This document shows positions 46,461 through 56,028 of a stretch of 64,000 nucleotides of DNA, one piece after another. The notes beneath the pieces were generated by a model. That model saw nothing but the letters and a program-made list of their open reading frames with translations. It ran no database searches and was not told the DNA's origin. The number at the start of each line of letters is the position of its first letter. The first letter of the stretch is position 1. The position numbers and the translations under genes were made by a program. Source of the DNA: a virus (Duplodnaviria; Caudoviricetes); the IMG/VR virus record IMGVR_UViG_3300050645_000010, positions 2,234-66,233 of that record. One strand, written 5' to 3'.

Positions 46461-47239
46461 TGGCGAACGGCAATGACACGAGAGCCGAGAGCAGGGATTA
46501 CGCGGAGTATTTAATCGAGGTCGGCAAGAAGCTGAACAAAATGGAGAACGAACACGCAGTTGAGGAAATCAAGGGCGAAACGTATGTGTTCCACAACGGA
46601 AGAGCGGACCGGTACGCGGAGCGCGACAAGGAATCGCCGCGGACGCTGGATGTGTATTCGCTCGGCGGGTTGGTGGACTACATCATCGCGGACGTTGACG
46701 GATTGTTCAAAGACCCGGAAAGGCGGCACATCGTCAGGGTGACGGATGTTGATACGGTTGAAGTTATTTCGCCGATTTACGGGTACGGGAGCAAGCGCGA
46801 TGTTGTCGCGCGATGCGTGCAGAAGCCGCCTCGAATCAAGTTCGATACGTACATGCCGGCAGAGGATTTTCAAATCATTGTGATGACGCAGTTCATCGAA
46901 TCGGAAAACCGTTCGATGGTGCTGATGCTGGCCGGAAACCTGCGCGACGATCAGAGCGTGCAAACCGCTGATGACGGGTTCAGCCAGCGCGTGACGATCA
47001 AGCGCGGCGTCGTGCAAGTCGGCGAAACGACGGTCAAAAATCCCGCAGAGCTGATACCGATTCGCACGTTCAACGAAGTTACGCAGCCAAGTTCGCCGTT
47101 CGTGATTCGGTTTCAGGAAGGAAACCAAGTCGCATTGTTCGAGAGCGACGGCGGCGCGTGGAAGATTCGCGCGGTGGAAGCAATACGCGATTGGCTTCGA
47201 GAGCGGCTGCAAGGGTGCAACGTCGAGATCATTGCGTAA
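46460..47239 (+). CDS. Conserved phage hypothetical protein
   Basis: DDGFSQRVT, PIRTFNEVTQP, ALFESDGGAW motifs; coupled to the previous gene. Confidence 0.75.
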   Translation: MANGNDTRAESRDYAEYLIEVGKKLNKMENEHAVEEIKGETYVFHNGRADRYAERDKESPRTLDVYSLGGLVDYIIADVDGLFKDPERRHIVRVTDVDTVEVISPIYGYGSKRDVVARCVQKPPRIKFDTYMPAEDFQIIVMTQFIESENRSMVLMLAGNLRDDQSVQTADDGFSQRVTIKRGVVQVGETTVKNPAELIPIRTFNEVTQPSSPFVIRFQEGNQVALFESDGGAWKIRAVEAIRDWLRERLQGCNVEIIA

Positions 47240-47319
47240 ACGGGGAGGGGCTTTAGATTACGGGCGGCGGCAATCGGACACGAGATTGCCGCCGCTGGCG
47301 ATAGTGTGAGGTGGTAAGC

Positions 47320-48162
47320 ATGGCATGGCTTGAGGTTCACCAAAGCTTGCCTACGCACAAGAAAACAAAGAAGTTGACGCGCGCTTTGGGGCTAAAGGTG
47401 CCACGCGATATACCACAGGTGGTCGGACATTTGTGCATGTTCTGGCTTTGGTCTATCGACAACGCACCAAACGGGGACCTCGAAGGCATCGACATTGTGG
47501 ACATAGCGGATGCGGCAGGTTGGGCAAAAGAGCCGGAATCATTCATCGACGCAATGCGGGAGGCTGGATTCGTTGATGGCTATATGATTCACGATTGGGA
47601 TGCGTACATAGGGCGACTTATTGAAAGATTGGAGCATCAGAGGGAGATTAACCGCGAAAAGCAAAGGCGGTATCGCGAGCGGAAACGGAATGCGGAAAGC
47701 AATGAGGGCGACAACGGAGCGGTTACTAACCACGAAATAACCGGTGACGTAACCGGTTATTCGGAGGTAACGGATAGAGAAAACGAGGGCGGGATAGCGG
47801 AAAGCGTGTATGACCCGGAGTGGGCGCGCGTCGCGAAGGCATACGAGGCGAACATAGGGCTTTTGCCGGTGGGGGTCGCGCTTGAAAGGTTGGTTTCGTT
47901 TTACGAGGATGTCGGCGGGGATGTGATGTGCTACGCGATCGAATACACGAATTTGAAGCACCCGAGAAACCCGAAGCAGTTCCTCGATAAGGTGCTCAAC
48001 AATTGGGTCGAGCGCGGAATCAAGACATTGGAGGCGGCGAAGGCGTATACGATCGATTTTCAGCGGAATATCGAGCAGGAAAAAAACGCGAGGCACGAAG
48101 GCGCGAAGGGCGCGGGCGGCAGCGATAAAGAATCACCGGTTATAGACGGCAAGTTCTATTGA
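47320..48162 (+). CDS. Replication initiator with DnaD-like C-domain
   Basis: MAWLEVHQSL, GYMIHDWDAY, FLDKVLNNWVERGIKT. Confidence 0.8.
   Translation: MAWLEVHQSLPTHKKTKKLTRALGLKVPRDIPQVVGHLCMFWLWSIDNAPNGDLEGIDIVDIADAAGWAKEPESFIDAMREAGFVDGYMIHDWDAYIGRLIERLEHQREINREKQRRYRERKRNAESNEGDNGAVTNHEITGDVTGYSEVTDRENEGGIAESVYDPEWARVAKAYEANIGLLPVGVALERLVSFYEDVGGDVMCYAIEYTNLKHPRNPKQFLDKVLNNWVERGIKTLEAAKAYTIDFQRNIEQEKNARHEGAKGAGGSDKESPVIDGKFY
47721..47772. repeat. Putative origin iterons within the initiator gene
   Basis: Clustered GTAAC/GTTAC and TAACCGGT(G/T)A motifs in the linker-coding region. Confidence 0.55.
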
Positions 48163-49568
48163 TGGGAGGCGCGGACATGGCGGCGGTATCGGGATGGCAG
48201 CATTTGGCGATGCAGGAAGCGGCGAATACCGGATTCGCGAGCGCAGACGCGGAAGCAAGCGTAATCGCATGCTTCTTCATAAGTGCAAACACATTGAAGT
48301 ATGTTGATGAACTTACGGTTGATGACTTTACGCAGGATCATCATCGAAAGATATTCTTGGCCATTCGTCATTTGAAGGAAGCGAAGAAGCCGGTTGACCT
48401 TGTGACGGTGGATGATGTGTTGGCCGAGCGGCACAAAGCCGAAGAACCGATGCTTATGCAAACTTGCATCGAATGCACGCGGATATTGCCCACGTCGGCG
48501 AACGTTAAAGCATACGTCGATATTGTTCGGCAGCTCTCGTATAGGCGGCGCGCACTGTCGGCGATCGGGGAGATTTACCGGGATTTGCAGGACGGCGAAA
48601 ACGAAACGGCGGCAATCGTTGAGAAAGCGCGGCAGTCATTGCGGGATATGAGCATGACCACGCACAAGTGGACAAGCATGTCTGAAATGATGCTGGAAAC
48701 ATACGGGTTCCTTGAAAAGCGCGTCAAGGGCGAACTGAAAATGATTTCGTCGGGATTGCCAAACGTGGATTCAGCGATAGGAGGATTCTTTGCTGGCGAG
48801 CTTACAATCATCGGCGCCCGACCGAGCGTGGGCAAGTCGGCGTTCGGCGCAAACATTGCGTTGTGCGCAGCGATGCAGGGTTTCAAGGTCGGGATTTGCT
48901 CGCGCGAGATGACGAGCGTTCAGTACGGACAGCGCGTTATCAGCTATGCTTCAGATGTTGACGGCATGAAGCTGCGCAAGGCGGAACTCGAAGAAAAGGA
49001 TTGGGAATCGATCGTCGATATTTTAGGGCCGTGCGCAGATTTGCCCATATCGTTTTTGTTCACGGTGCGCACCGTGGAAGAACTGCGTGCAGAGGTTCAA
49101 GCGAAGGTCGATAGAGGCGAGATCGATTTGTTGGTTGTAGATTACTTGCAGTTGATGCGAACGACACAGAGGTTCAAGGAAGATCATTTGCGGGTTGCGT
49201 ATATCAGCAAAACCTTAAAAGACATGACAACCGACTTAGGAATACCGATCATTGCGTTGGCGCAAGTCAAGAGGTTTGCGGGCGGCGGGCGGTCGCGCAT
49301 GCCCACGCTTGAAGATTTGAAAGACAGCGGCGCGCTGGAGCAGGACGCGGACGGCGTGATATTCATTCATCGACCGGATGATGAGGAAGACCCCTACGTT
49401 GACCCGCGCGACAGGGAGTATTTCGGGCGGTACAAGGCGATGGGTTATCAGTACATAGCTTTCGGCATCGCAAAACAGCGGCAGGGGGCAACGGGAAAGG
49501 CGTGCGCGCTCTTTAACCCGGCCCACATGCGATACATCGCCATCGACAGGGACCGGGAGGCGGAGTAA
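48159..49568 (+). CDS. dnaB: Replicative DNA helicase
   Basis: GARPSVGKS, VVDYLQLM, LKDSGALEQDAD, AKQRQG. Confidence 0.93.
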   Translation: MMGGADMAAVSGWQHLAMQEAANTGFASADAEASVIACFFISANTLKYVDELTVDDFTQDHHRKIFLAIRHLKEAKKPVDLVTVDDVLAERHKAEEPMLMQTCIECTRILPTSANVKAYVDIVRQLSYRRRALSAIGEIYRDLQDGENETAAIVEKARQSLRDMSMTTHKWTSMSEMMLETYGFLEKRVKGELKMISSGLPNVDSAIGGFFAGELTIIGARPSVGKSAFGANIALCAAMQGFKVGICSREMTSVQYGQRVISYASDVDGMKLRKAELEEKDWESIVDILGPCADLPISFLFTVRTVEELRAEVQAKVDRGEIDLLVVDYLQLMRTTQRFKEDHLRVAYISKTLKDMTTDLGIPIIALAQVKRFAGGGRSRMPTLEDLKDSGALEQDADGVIFIHRPDDEEDPYVDPRDREYFGRYKAMGYQYIAFGIAKQRQGATGKACALFNPAHMRYIAIDRDREAE

Positions 49569-49973
49569 ATGCCGGTCGTATTCGATGAAGCGTGGTTGAA
49601 GAAGTTTTGCGCGAAGACCGGGCAAAAGAACCCACTCGAAGGCGCGGAAGGCGAAAAACCTGTAAAGCAAAACAAGTATAGGAATCGGCGGACACAGCGA
49701 GACGGGCAGGAATTCGACAGCAAACACGAAGCGGACAGGTACAGCGAGCTTCAATTGATGTTAAGAGCGGGCGAGATACGCGGGTTCGTGACCCAGCACA
49801 CGTTTTACTTACCGGGCGGGGTGAAGTACATTGCTGATTTCGTTGTGTTGCAGAACGATGGAACCTACGTCGTGGAGGACACAAAAAGCCCGCCCACGCG
49901 CAAGGAAAAGGCGTACCGGATCAAGCGGCGGCAAATGCGCGAGGTATTGGGCATCGAGATTATAGAAAGGTGA
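49569..49973 (+). CDS. DUF1064-like PD-(D/E)xK nuclease
   Basis: NKYRNRRT...FDSKHEA...YIADFV...VEDTK. Confidence 0.8.
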   Translation: MPVVFDEAWLKKFCAKTGQKNPLEGAEGEKPVKQNKYRNRRTQRDGQEFDSKHEADRYSELQLMLRAGEIRGFVTQHTFYLPGGVKYIADFVVLQNDGTYVVEDTKSPPTRKEKAYRIKRRQMREVLGIEIIER

Positions 49974-50240
49974 GTGAATCGAATGGTGGATGTGCAGAGG
50001 CGCGAGGCCCCCGAACAGGCGCGGACGAATGAAGAAGTTGAGCAGCGGTTTCGGAGCATTTCGGACAAGCTGCGCGATTCGGCCAAGGTTTACAGGCGGT
50101 TTCAGGTTCCCGAATGCACGGAATACGCCGACGTGTTGGAAGAGGCGGCGGGGATCGTTCGACGGTATGGCGCAGCGATGCATGCGGAATACCAGAACCC
50201 AACGTTGCGGATGAAGGAGATACAGCATGAGGCGGAATAG
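49974..50240 (+). CDS. Hypothetical protein
   Basis: Compact ORF in operon. Confidence 0.45.
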   Translation: MNRMVDVQRREAPEQARTNEEVEQRFRSISDKLRDSAKVYRRFQVPECTEYADVLEEAAGIVRRYGAAMHAEYQNPTLRMKEIQHEAE

Positions 50241-50436
50241 GAAGGGTTTCGGTGAGAAAAAGCCCAGCAGGGATTCGCGCGACAAAGGGTGCGAGAATTG
50301 CGCGGATTGCTCCTACATCGGCGAAGGCGATTTCGTTTGCATCAACGACGAATCGAAGGTCGTACTCGTGATAAGCAGCTTCGTACCAACGGGCGACTAC
50401 ATGAAGTGCGGCGGGAAGGGATGGTCGGAGGCATGA
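50227..50436 (+). CDS. Small Cys-rich hypothetical protein
   Basis: CENCADC...C...C pattern. Confidence 0.5.
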   Translation: MRRNRKGFGEKKPSRDSRDKGCENCADCSYIGEGDFVCINDESKVVLVISSFVPTGDYMKCGGKGWSEA

Positions 50437-50831
50437 AGGCGATACAGGAACTTCGGAAACCTCCCCGCCTCATGATCGCCCGCGAAGGCGCTGATGGTGG
50501 GATGGCGCAAGCGTACCTTTCGTGCTCGAAGAAGGAAAGGCCGTGCGCGATCGTGTTCAGCTGGGGCGGCGGATGGGAGCACGTAAGCGTATCGTTCAGC
50601 AACAGGTGCCCGACGTGGGAAGAGATGTGCGAAGTCAAGCGGATGTTCTGGCGTGACGATGAATGCGTGGTGCAGTTTCACCCGATTGAATCGGAGTACG
50701 TAAACAATTATCCGTATTGCCTTCACATGTGGCGCATCGCGCAAGGGGAATTCCCTACTCCCCCATCATGGATGGTTGGGGTGAAGAAAGGACAGTCGCT
50801 GACGCAAGCGATTCGCGAAGGGGTGGGATGA
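50433..50831 (+). CDS. Conserved phage hypothetical protein
   Basis: GGGWEHVSVS...CPTWEEMC...QFHP...YVNNYPYCLHMW. Confidence 0.75.
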   Translation: MKAIQELRKPPRLMIAREGADGGMAQAYLSCSKKERPCAIVFSWGGGWEHVSVSFSNRCPTWEEMCEVKRMFWRDDECVVQFHPIESEYVNNYPYCLHMWRIAQGEFPTPPSWMVGVKKGQSLTQAIREGVG

Positions 50832-51086
50832 GTGAAAGCGCGCACGACAGAAGGAAGAAGAGTGGTTCACATATGCGCGCGGTGCGGGTTGGAAATGGCG
50901 TACATCGAGAAGCACATGCTTTACTTTTACCGCGTTCGGAACGCACGCGCGAGCAGATACGGGAGCTTCGAATACACACGGCCTTTTAAGACCTTAAAAC
51001 TCAATCTGTGCCCCGATTGCGCGGAGTACATGCAAAAGGTCGTATTGAGCGAGTGCAGCGCAGAAGGCGAAGCAAGGCGGAATTGA
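50832..51086 (+). CDS. Zinc-ribbon hypothetical protein
   Basis: CARC...CPDC. Confidence 0.55.
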   Translation: MKARTTEGRRVVHICARCGLEMAYIEKHMLYFYRVRNARASRYGSFEYTRPFKTLKLNLCPDCAEYMQKVVLSECSAEGEARRN

Positions 51087-51100
51087 AAGGAGAAGTGCGC

Positions 51101-51262
51101 ATGGCTTGGGTGAGTTTCTGCACTGGCATAGTTGCGTCGATCGGTATCATTTTCGGGATTGCACACGTTTACGAGAAGGGCTATTTGCGAGGGCACCAGG
51201 ACGCGGAACAAGGCAAGTGGTGGGATGCAATACCGGTGAAAAAGCGGCGGAGGGAGAATTGA
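51101..51262 (+). CDS. Small membrane protein
   Basis: One TM helix then YEKGYLRG. Confidence 0.5.
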   Translation: MAWVSFCTGIVASIGIIFGIAHVYEKGYLRGHQDAEQGKWWDAIPVKKRRREN

Positions 51263-51263
51263 C

Positions 51264-51536
51264 ATGAATCAGCAGATTGAAAAGGCATTCACATATCATA
51301 AGCCCCACGGGAACCAACCCCAGCGGTACACCTTGATGCGAGATGCAGCCAAGCAATTCGCTGAATTTGTGGATAGATTTTGCCCGGACAGTCGCGAAAA
51401 GTCGCTGGCGTTCACAAAGCTTGAAGAATGCATTATGTGGGCGAATGCGGCAATCGCGAGAAATGAGGCACAGAATGAAGATGATGAACGTGGCGCGCGT
51501 ATTCCCAACGCGAACCAGCATGACCCCAACGGATGA
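51264..51536 (+). CDS. Tad1/Acb2 hairpin-like putative nucleotide-sponge protein
   Basis: FTYHKP...CPDSREKSLAFTKLEECIMWANAAIARNE, resembling the Tad1 C-terminal hairpin as recalled from memory. Confidence 0.55.
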   Translation: MNQQIEKAFTYHKPHGNQPQRYTLMRDAAKQFAEFVDRFCPDSREKSLAFTKLEECIMWANAAIARNEAQNEDDERGARIPNANQHDPNG

Positions 51537-52350
51537 ATTGGCTTTTACGAGCATTCAACCACCTTTCACGCTGGAGGATGTGGATGAAGTGCATGTAAGC
51601 GTCGCGTTCACTTGGGACATGAAACTCGCCGAGCAAATGGCGGAAGCGTGGAAGGTGTTGGGGGTTCCCGTTAAGGTAGGCGGTCGGGCTTACAAAGACC
51701 GAGGTGGCGATTTTGTGCCGGGCATGTACCTGAAACACGGAGCGGTTATCACCAGTCGCGGGTGCGATAACCATTGCTGGTTTTGTGATGCATGGCGCAT
51801 CGAAGGGCCGGTTAGAGAATTGCCGATTACAGAGGGTTGGAATGTGCTGGACAACAACCTGCTCGGGTGTACCGAAGCCCATATCAAATCGGTGTTTGCA
51901 ATGTTGGCGCGGCAGCCCCAGAAACCAGTTTTCACGGGCGGATTGGAAGCGAGATTGATGAAGTCTTGGCACGCTGAATCATTGCGCGCAATAAAGACAC
52001 AGCGATTGTATTGTGCTTACGATACAAAAGATGATTACGAACCACTCGTTGCAGCGGGAAGATTGTTGAGAGACGCAGGTTTTACGTTTGAATCGCATGT
52101 GATGGCTTGTTATGTGTTGATTGGTTATCCCGGAGATACGTTTGAACTAGCTGAACAGCGATTGACAGACACAATAAAGGCCGGATTTATGCCCTATGCA
52201 ATGTTGTACAGATCGCAGAAGGGGAACACGAATTATGAGTGGAGGAAGTTTCAACGCGAGTGGTTAAGGCCGCAAATTGTCGCACGGAAGGCACACGATT
52301 GCAGGATTGAAGAAATGAGACAACAGGGGGCGAAGACATGCGGGCGCTGA
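51475..52350 (+). CDS. Radical SAM protein with short N-terminal Rossmann-like domain
   Basis: TSRGCDNHCWFC (CxxxCxxC), VLDNNLL, FTGGLEAR, CYVLIGY. Confidence 0.85.
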   Translation: MKMMNVARVFPTRTSMTPTDELAFTSIQPPFTLEDVDEVHVSVAFTWDMKLAEQMAEAWKVLGVPVKVGGRAYKDRGGDFVPGMYLKHGAVITSRGCDNHCWFCDAWRIEGPVRELPITEGWNVLDNNLLGCTEAHIKSVFAMLARQPQKPVFTGGLEARLMKSWHAESLRAIKTQRLYCAYDTKDDYEPLVAAGRLLRDAGFTFESHVMACYVLIGYPGDTFELAEQRLTDTIKAGFMPYAMLYRSQKGNTNYEWRKFQREWLRPQIVARKAHDCRIEEMRQQGAKTCGR

Positions 52351-52440
52351 TTATCGCGGGCATTATCACGGCGCTACTCAATATCGTTGCTGTGCCTATT
52401 GCGTTTACGGTCGGGATTGAGGTTGGAAGGGGGAGCAAAC

Positions 52441-52752
52441 GTGAGCGAAGATAAGGAAGCGAAGGTAATGCCGAGCGTTTCGTCCTTTGATGAGGCTGGG
52501 AGCATGATTACAGCGAGAACGTGGGGTGATTTTCGCCAAGCCGGAATGCTGTGGTTGGTCAACACGATTTTACAAGTGTTTGGGTGGTCTATCGTCGTGA
52601 TTGTCGATAATGACGGAACGGAAATCGATGCAGTTCCGGTTCGCACGCGATTTCGCGGGTTTGGTGATGCGGAGATTACGAAAGGCCACCAGAACGTAGC
52701 GGCGTACATGGTCGAGAATGCCACTGACCTATTGCGAGAAAGCCAAGAGTAG
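52441..52752 (+). CDS. Hypothetical protein
   Basis: TWGDFRQAGMLWLVNTILQVFGW motif. Confidence 0.6.
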   Translation: MSEDKEAKVMPSVSSFDEAGSMITARTWGDFRQAGMLWLVNTILQVFGWSIVVIVDNDGTEIDAVPVRTRFRGFGDAEITKGHQNVAAYMVENATDLLRESQE

Positions 52753-52830
52753 AATTCCCGGGCGAATGTCGCACCGATATGATGCGCGGATTGAAACGAG
52801 GGATAATGGACACGGAACGGAGGCGCACCA

Positions 52831-53052
52831 ATGAGCATCGGGAAGTCAGTTTTGATTACGGTTTCATGGTTGGTGCTCGCATTCTTTGCTGGGTTCGTGG
52901 CGATGATCGCCTTTTGCTGGATGGATTGCGGAGCAACGAAGCGGACGCTCGACATTATCGGGATCGGGACAGCGGCGGCGGTGTTCGTGGTAGGGGTTGC
53001 GCATGAATTGCGGATTGGAAGCGAGGCAAAGCATGAAGAAACCGAAGTATGA
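52831..53052 (+). CDS. Two-TM membrane protein
   Basis: Two hydrophobic helices; SD GGAGG. Confidence 0.55.
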   Translation: MSIGKSVLITVSWLVLAFFAGFVAMIAFCWMDCGATKRTLDIIGIGTAAAVFVVGVAHELRIGSEAKHEETEV

Positions 53053-53221
53053 GGAAACCGTGACGGTTGATGACATTCAATGCATCTGGTGCGGTGAGTT
53101 TTTCGCAGGAGATCGGGCGACGAATTACTGCACGCAAGAGACAACGGCAACTTGCCCAAAGTGCGGTATGGAAATGTCAATATTCCAATCGGTCGAGTAC
53201 ACGGCATATTTGCCGGATTAG
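53033..53221 (+). CDS. Zinc-ribbon hypothetical protein
   Basis: CIWC...CPKC. Confidence 0.55.
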   Translation: MKKPKYEETVTVDDIQCIWCGEFFAGDRATNYCTQETTATCPKCGMEMSIFQSVEYTAYLPD

Positions 53222-53230
53222 GAGGAAGGC

Positions 53231-53605
53231 ATGAACAGGGACGATGAAATCAGGGCGCGCCATCAAGCGGCGGAGAAGGGGCCGTGGAAAACGGACGATT
53301 TCGGAATGTACATATTCCTCGAAAACGACTTGATGCTTGCGCAGATTCGCGGATGGGGGCGGATGATCGGCAATCCGGGGTTCATGAAGGAAGAAGATGC
53401 AGAGGCACAGCAGAAGGCGAACGCGCAGTTTATCGCCCACTCGTGGGACGATGTGCGATATTTGCTCGGTGAGAAGGCGCGGTTGCTTCATGAACTCGAT
53501 GAGATGAGGCGGCGGGCGGAGGCGGCGGAAGCGAAAATCGAACAGGTGCGGGAGGCGGCAAAAGAACGAGGGCGTGCATTGGCGCAGAAAGGGATTCGGC
53601 AATGA
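53231..53605 (+). CDS. Ead/Ea22-like protein
   Basis: AEKGPWK...ANAQFIAHSWDDVRYLLGE. Confidence 0.65.
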   Translation: MNRDDEIRARHQAAEKGPWKTDDFGMYIFLENDLMLAQIRGWGRMIGNPGFMKEEDAEAQQKANAQFIAHSWDDVRYLLGEKARLLHELDEMRRRAEAAEAKIEQVREAAKERGRALAQKGIRQ

Positions 53606-54057
53606 AGAGTTTGATTGATCCTGTTGAATTCGCGGCGCTGCTGGAATCGGGCAGGACCTATAAAACTTGCGAAGTGCGCGACATGATCGACGCCGTTCCC
53701 CGGATCAAAATTGCGCCTCCTGCCGGTGCTCAAGCGCGATGGGAGCTAATAGGCCCGTTGCATCATTGCTCTAATCCTAAGTGCGGATTTGCTGCGCTGT
53801 GCGATGGGAGGGAAGAAGAGTTAAGCGATTTTTGCCCACATTGCGGCGCGGTCATGAACGCCACGAGCGAAGAACAAGAGGCCGCAACACGGACGGAAGC
53901 GGAAGTAACGAACATTCGGATCAGCGAGGCGTTACAGGAGCTTGAAAGCGCCTATTTAGAGTACGACCTTGATTATGCGTTTTACATCAGAATGCACGAT
54001 TTTATTTCAAGGATCGGTGTCACGGAGCCGGAGGCGGAAGATGAGCAGGCCGATTGA
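53602..54057 (+). CDS. Hypothetical protein with zinc ribbon
   Basis: CSNPKC...FCPHCGAVM. Confidence 0.6.
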   Translation: MKSLIDPVEFAALLESGRTYKTCEVRDMIDAVPRIKIAPPAGAQARWELIGPLHHCSNPKCGFAALCDGREEELSDFCPHCGAVMNATSEEQEAATRTEAEVTNIRISEALQELESAYLEYDLDYAFYIRMHDFISRIGVTEPEAEDEQAD

Positions 54058-54229
54058 CAAAACCAAGGCAAGCAATCACAAGTGTAAGAATTGCGAGCAT
54101 TGGCAATGGTTCAAACGGTGTTATAACCCGGCATCACCAAACCACATGAAGGTGGTCGGATATAGTCAACGATGCGATGGGTTCAAATGGTCAGACGAGG
54201 GAAAGGGGATGCGCAACGATGCCGAGTGA
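54041..54229 (+). CDS. Small Cys-rich hypothetical protein
   Basis: CKNCEHW...C...C; SD GGAGG. Confidence 0.5.
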   Translation: MSRPIDKTKASNHKCKNCEHWQWFKRCYNPASPNHMKVVGYSQRCDGFKWSDEGKGMRNDAE

Positions 54230-54431
54230 CACGAACAAGCCCGACAGCGGATGCGATGGGTGCAGATTCGCAAGAGGTGCAAAGCGATGTGAAACATGCA
54301 GTCGGAGATATGCAGATCGATGGGAAGCACCGCCACCACCGAAACCTCTTTCACCCGGCGCGGTCGGAGTTCTCGCGATGGCGCTTTTGATGGTCGAGCA
54401 GACCAGAGGCGGCATTGATTATACGACGTGA
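54219..54431 (+). CDS. Small Cys-rich hypothetical protein
   Basis: CDGC...CETCSR. Confidence 0.5.
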   Translation: MPSDTNKPDSGCDGCRFARGAKRCETCSRRYADRWEAPPPPKPLSPGAVGVLAMALLMVEQTRGGIDYTT

Positions 54432-54454
54432 CGAGGATAAATGGAGGCGAGCAA

Positions 54455-54691
54455 ATGGCATGCGTAAGGAAGGGGAAAATTCTTGAAGTCCTTCGCGACG
54501 GCGGAGAAGTCATCGAGAATTATTTGATCGACCATCGCGATTTGGTTGATAAGAACGGTCAGTATGTTGGTTGGGTACGTAGTGATACGTTGTGGCGCAT
54601 GTGGAGAGATGACGCAATTATTCGCACAGAAGGAGCCGGAAAGCAGAAGTACATGCGCTATTTCAGGACACCAACCAGACGGGACGCCTAG
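54455..54691 (+). CDS. Hypothetical protein
   Basis: SD GGAGG. Confidence 0.5.
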   Translation: MACVRKGKILEVLRDGGEVIENYLIDHRDLVDKNGQYVGWVRSDTLWRMWRDDAIIRTEGAGKQKYMRYFRTPTRRDA

Positions 54692-54716
54692 AAGACACGG
54701 GAGGAAGCGAATAGCC

Positions 54717-54965
54717 ATGTATGGGATTTGGTCAACGTGGTCTCGGAAATGGTGCTTTGGGATTATCGCGCGGACAAAGGAAGAGGCATTCGAAAAGCTC
54801 GAAAAGCGCATCGGTTGGGATGCGGCGAAAGTGAGGTTTGAAGCGAGGCAGCTTTCAAAGGAGAACGTCAGGGAGATTCAGGAGCAGACGCAACGGATGC
54901 GATTCGCAAAAAAGGAGAATGCACGGCAAAGAACGAGACGCGCACCAATCAGCGAACAGCGATAG
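54717..54965 (+). CDS. Hypothetical protein
   Basis: SD GGAGG; MYGIWSTWSRKWCFGI. Confidence 0.55.
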   Translation: MYGIWSTWSRKWCFGIIARTKEEAFEKLEKRIGWDAAKVRFEARQLSKENVREIQEQTQRMRFAKKENARQRTRRAPISEQR

Positions 54966-54981
54966 GCGCAAGGGGGTGCTT

Positions 54982-55125
54982 ATGCATACAAGTTGTGTTG
55001 GCTGTGTGCATTATCTCGGCGGCGGGTGTTGCCGGATCAACCTTGAAGCCGAGTGTGCGGCGGGGGATTATGAAATGTACGAGATAGAAAAACCGACAGA
55101 GAGAAAGGAGACGGAGGATGGATAA
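54982..55125 (+). CDS. Small Cys-rich hypothetical protein
   Basis: SCVGCVHYLGGGCCRINLEAEC. Confidence 0.5.
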   Translation: MHTSCVGCVHYLGGGCCRINLEAECAAGDYEMYEIEKPTERKETEDG

Positions 55126-55489
55126 GCGGTTTTTCAAAGGAATGAGATGGCTCCCGGAAATCGTGTGCTTGTGTGGGCCTATGCGGAATTACGAGGCGTA
55201 TCGAAAGGCCGAATATGACCTTGAATTACAAGGAAAGATCGTGCTTGCACCTAGCTTCAAACCGGGAGCTAAGATACACGACGGAATGACGGGATGCACG
55301 CCGGAGCAGAAGGTGAAGCTCGACGAACTGCACAAGCGGAAGATTGACCTCGCGGACCGCGTGCTGGTTTTGAACGTAGGTGGATACGTCGGGGAAAGCA
55401 CTCGCAGCGAGATTGAGTACGCACAGACACACGGTAAACAGGTTGAATACTTGGAACCACCGATGACAGGAGGCATGCCCCATGATTGA
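55118..55489 (+). CDS. Nucleoside 2-deoxyribosyltransferase-like (DUF4406-type) protein
   Basis: IVCLCGPMR, HKRKIDLADRVLVLNVGGYVGESTRSEIEYA. Confidence 0.7.
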   Translation: MDKRFFKGMRWLPEIVCLCGPMRNYEAYRKAEYDLELQGKIVLAPSFKPGAKIHDGMTGCTPEQKVKLDELHKRKIDLADRVLVLNVGGYVGESTRSEIEYAQTHGKQVEYLEPPMTGGMPHD

Positions 55490-56015
55490 GATGATGAAGG
55501 CGTTGACCGTTTGGCAACCGTGGGCAAGCCTGATGACAATCGGGGCGAAGGAATTCGAGACGCGCGGATGGCCAACGAATTACCGCGGCAAAATCGCAAT
55601 TCACGCGGCGGCTAAGCCCCCACGCGAAGCGATGCGGGGCCTTCCCCATGACGTACAAAAGGCTATATTTGATTCTCTCTACGCGGAATACGGGGCTCAA
55701 TCGGGGGTGCTTGAGTTGCTTCCCACGGGCGCGGTTGTAGCCATCGCGGACTTAGTGAACGTCTGGCGTACCTGCTACCATCCGGGGGCGAACATCAATA
55801 GGGCGATGCACATCAAGATTGGCGCTGAGAGCATGACCTTGGACAAGCACGACCCGGACTTCGACAAGATCGTGGTCCCGAGCGAACGGGAAATGCTCCT
55901 TGGGGATTGGACGCCGGTTCGGTACGCATGGCAGCTTGCGAACGTCAAGGCGCTGGAAAAACCGATTCCCGTAAAGGGCAAGCAAGGACTGTGGAATTGG
56001 GAAGTTAGCGCGTGA
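55482..56015 (+). CDS. ASCH domain protein
   Basis: MKALTVWQPWASL...GAKEFETRGW...YRGKIAIHAA...PVKGKQGLWNW. Confidence 0.88.
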   Translation: MIEMMKALTVWQPWASLMTIGAKEFETRGWPTNYRGKIAIHAAAKPPREAMRGLPHDVQKAIFDSLYAEYGAQSGVLELLPTGAVVAIADLVNVWRTCYHPGANINRAMHIKIGAESMTLDKHDPDFDKIVVPSEREMLLGDWTPVRYAWQLANVKALEKPIPVKGKQGLWNWEVSA

Positions 56016-56028
56016 AGGGAGATCGCAA

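Noticed and set aside
48159-49568. Intein or intron in DnaB, TerL or capsid genes
   Set aside because: Lengths are normal and no intein or intron motifs are visible.
50717-50989. Alternative ORF using ATG 50828
   Set aside because: The overlapping 50832-51086 frame has paired CxxC motifs and fits the operon better.
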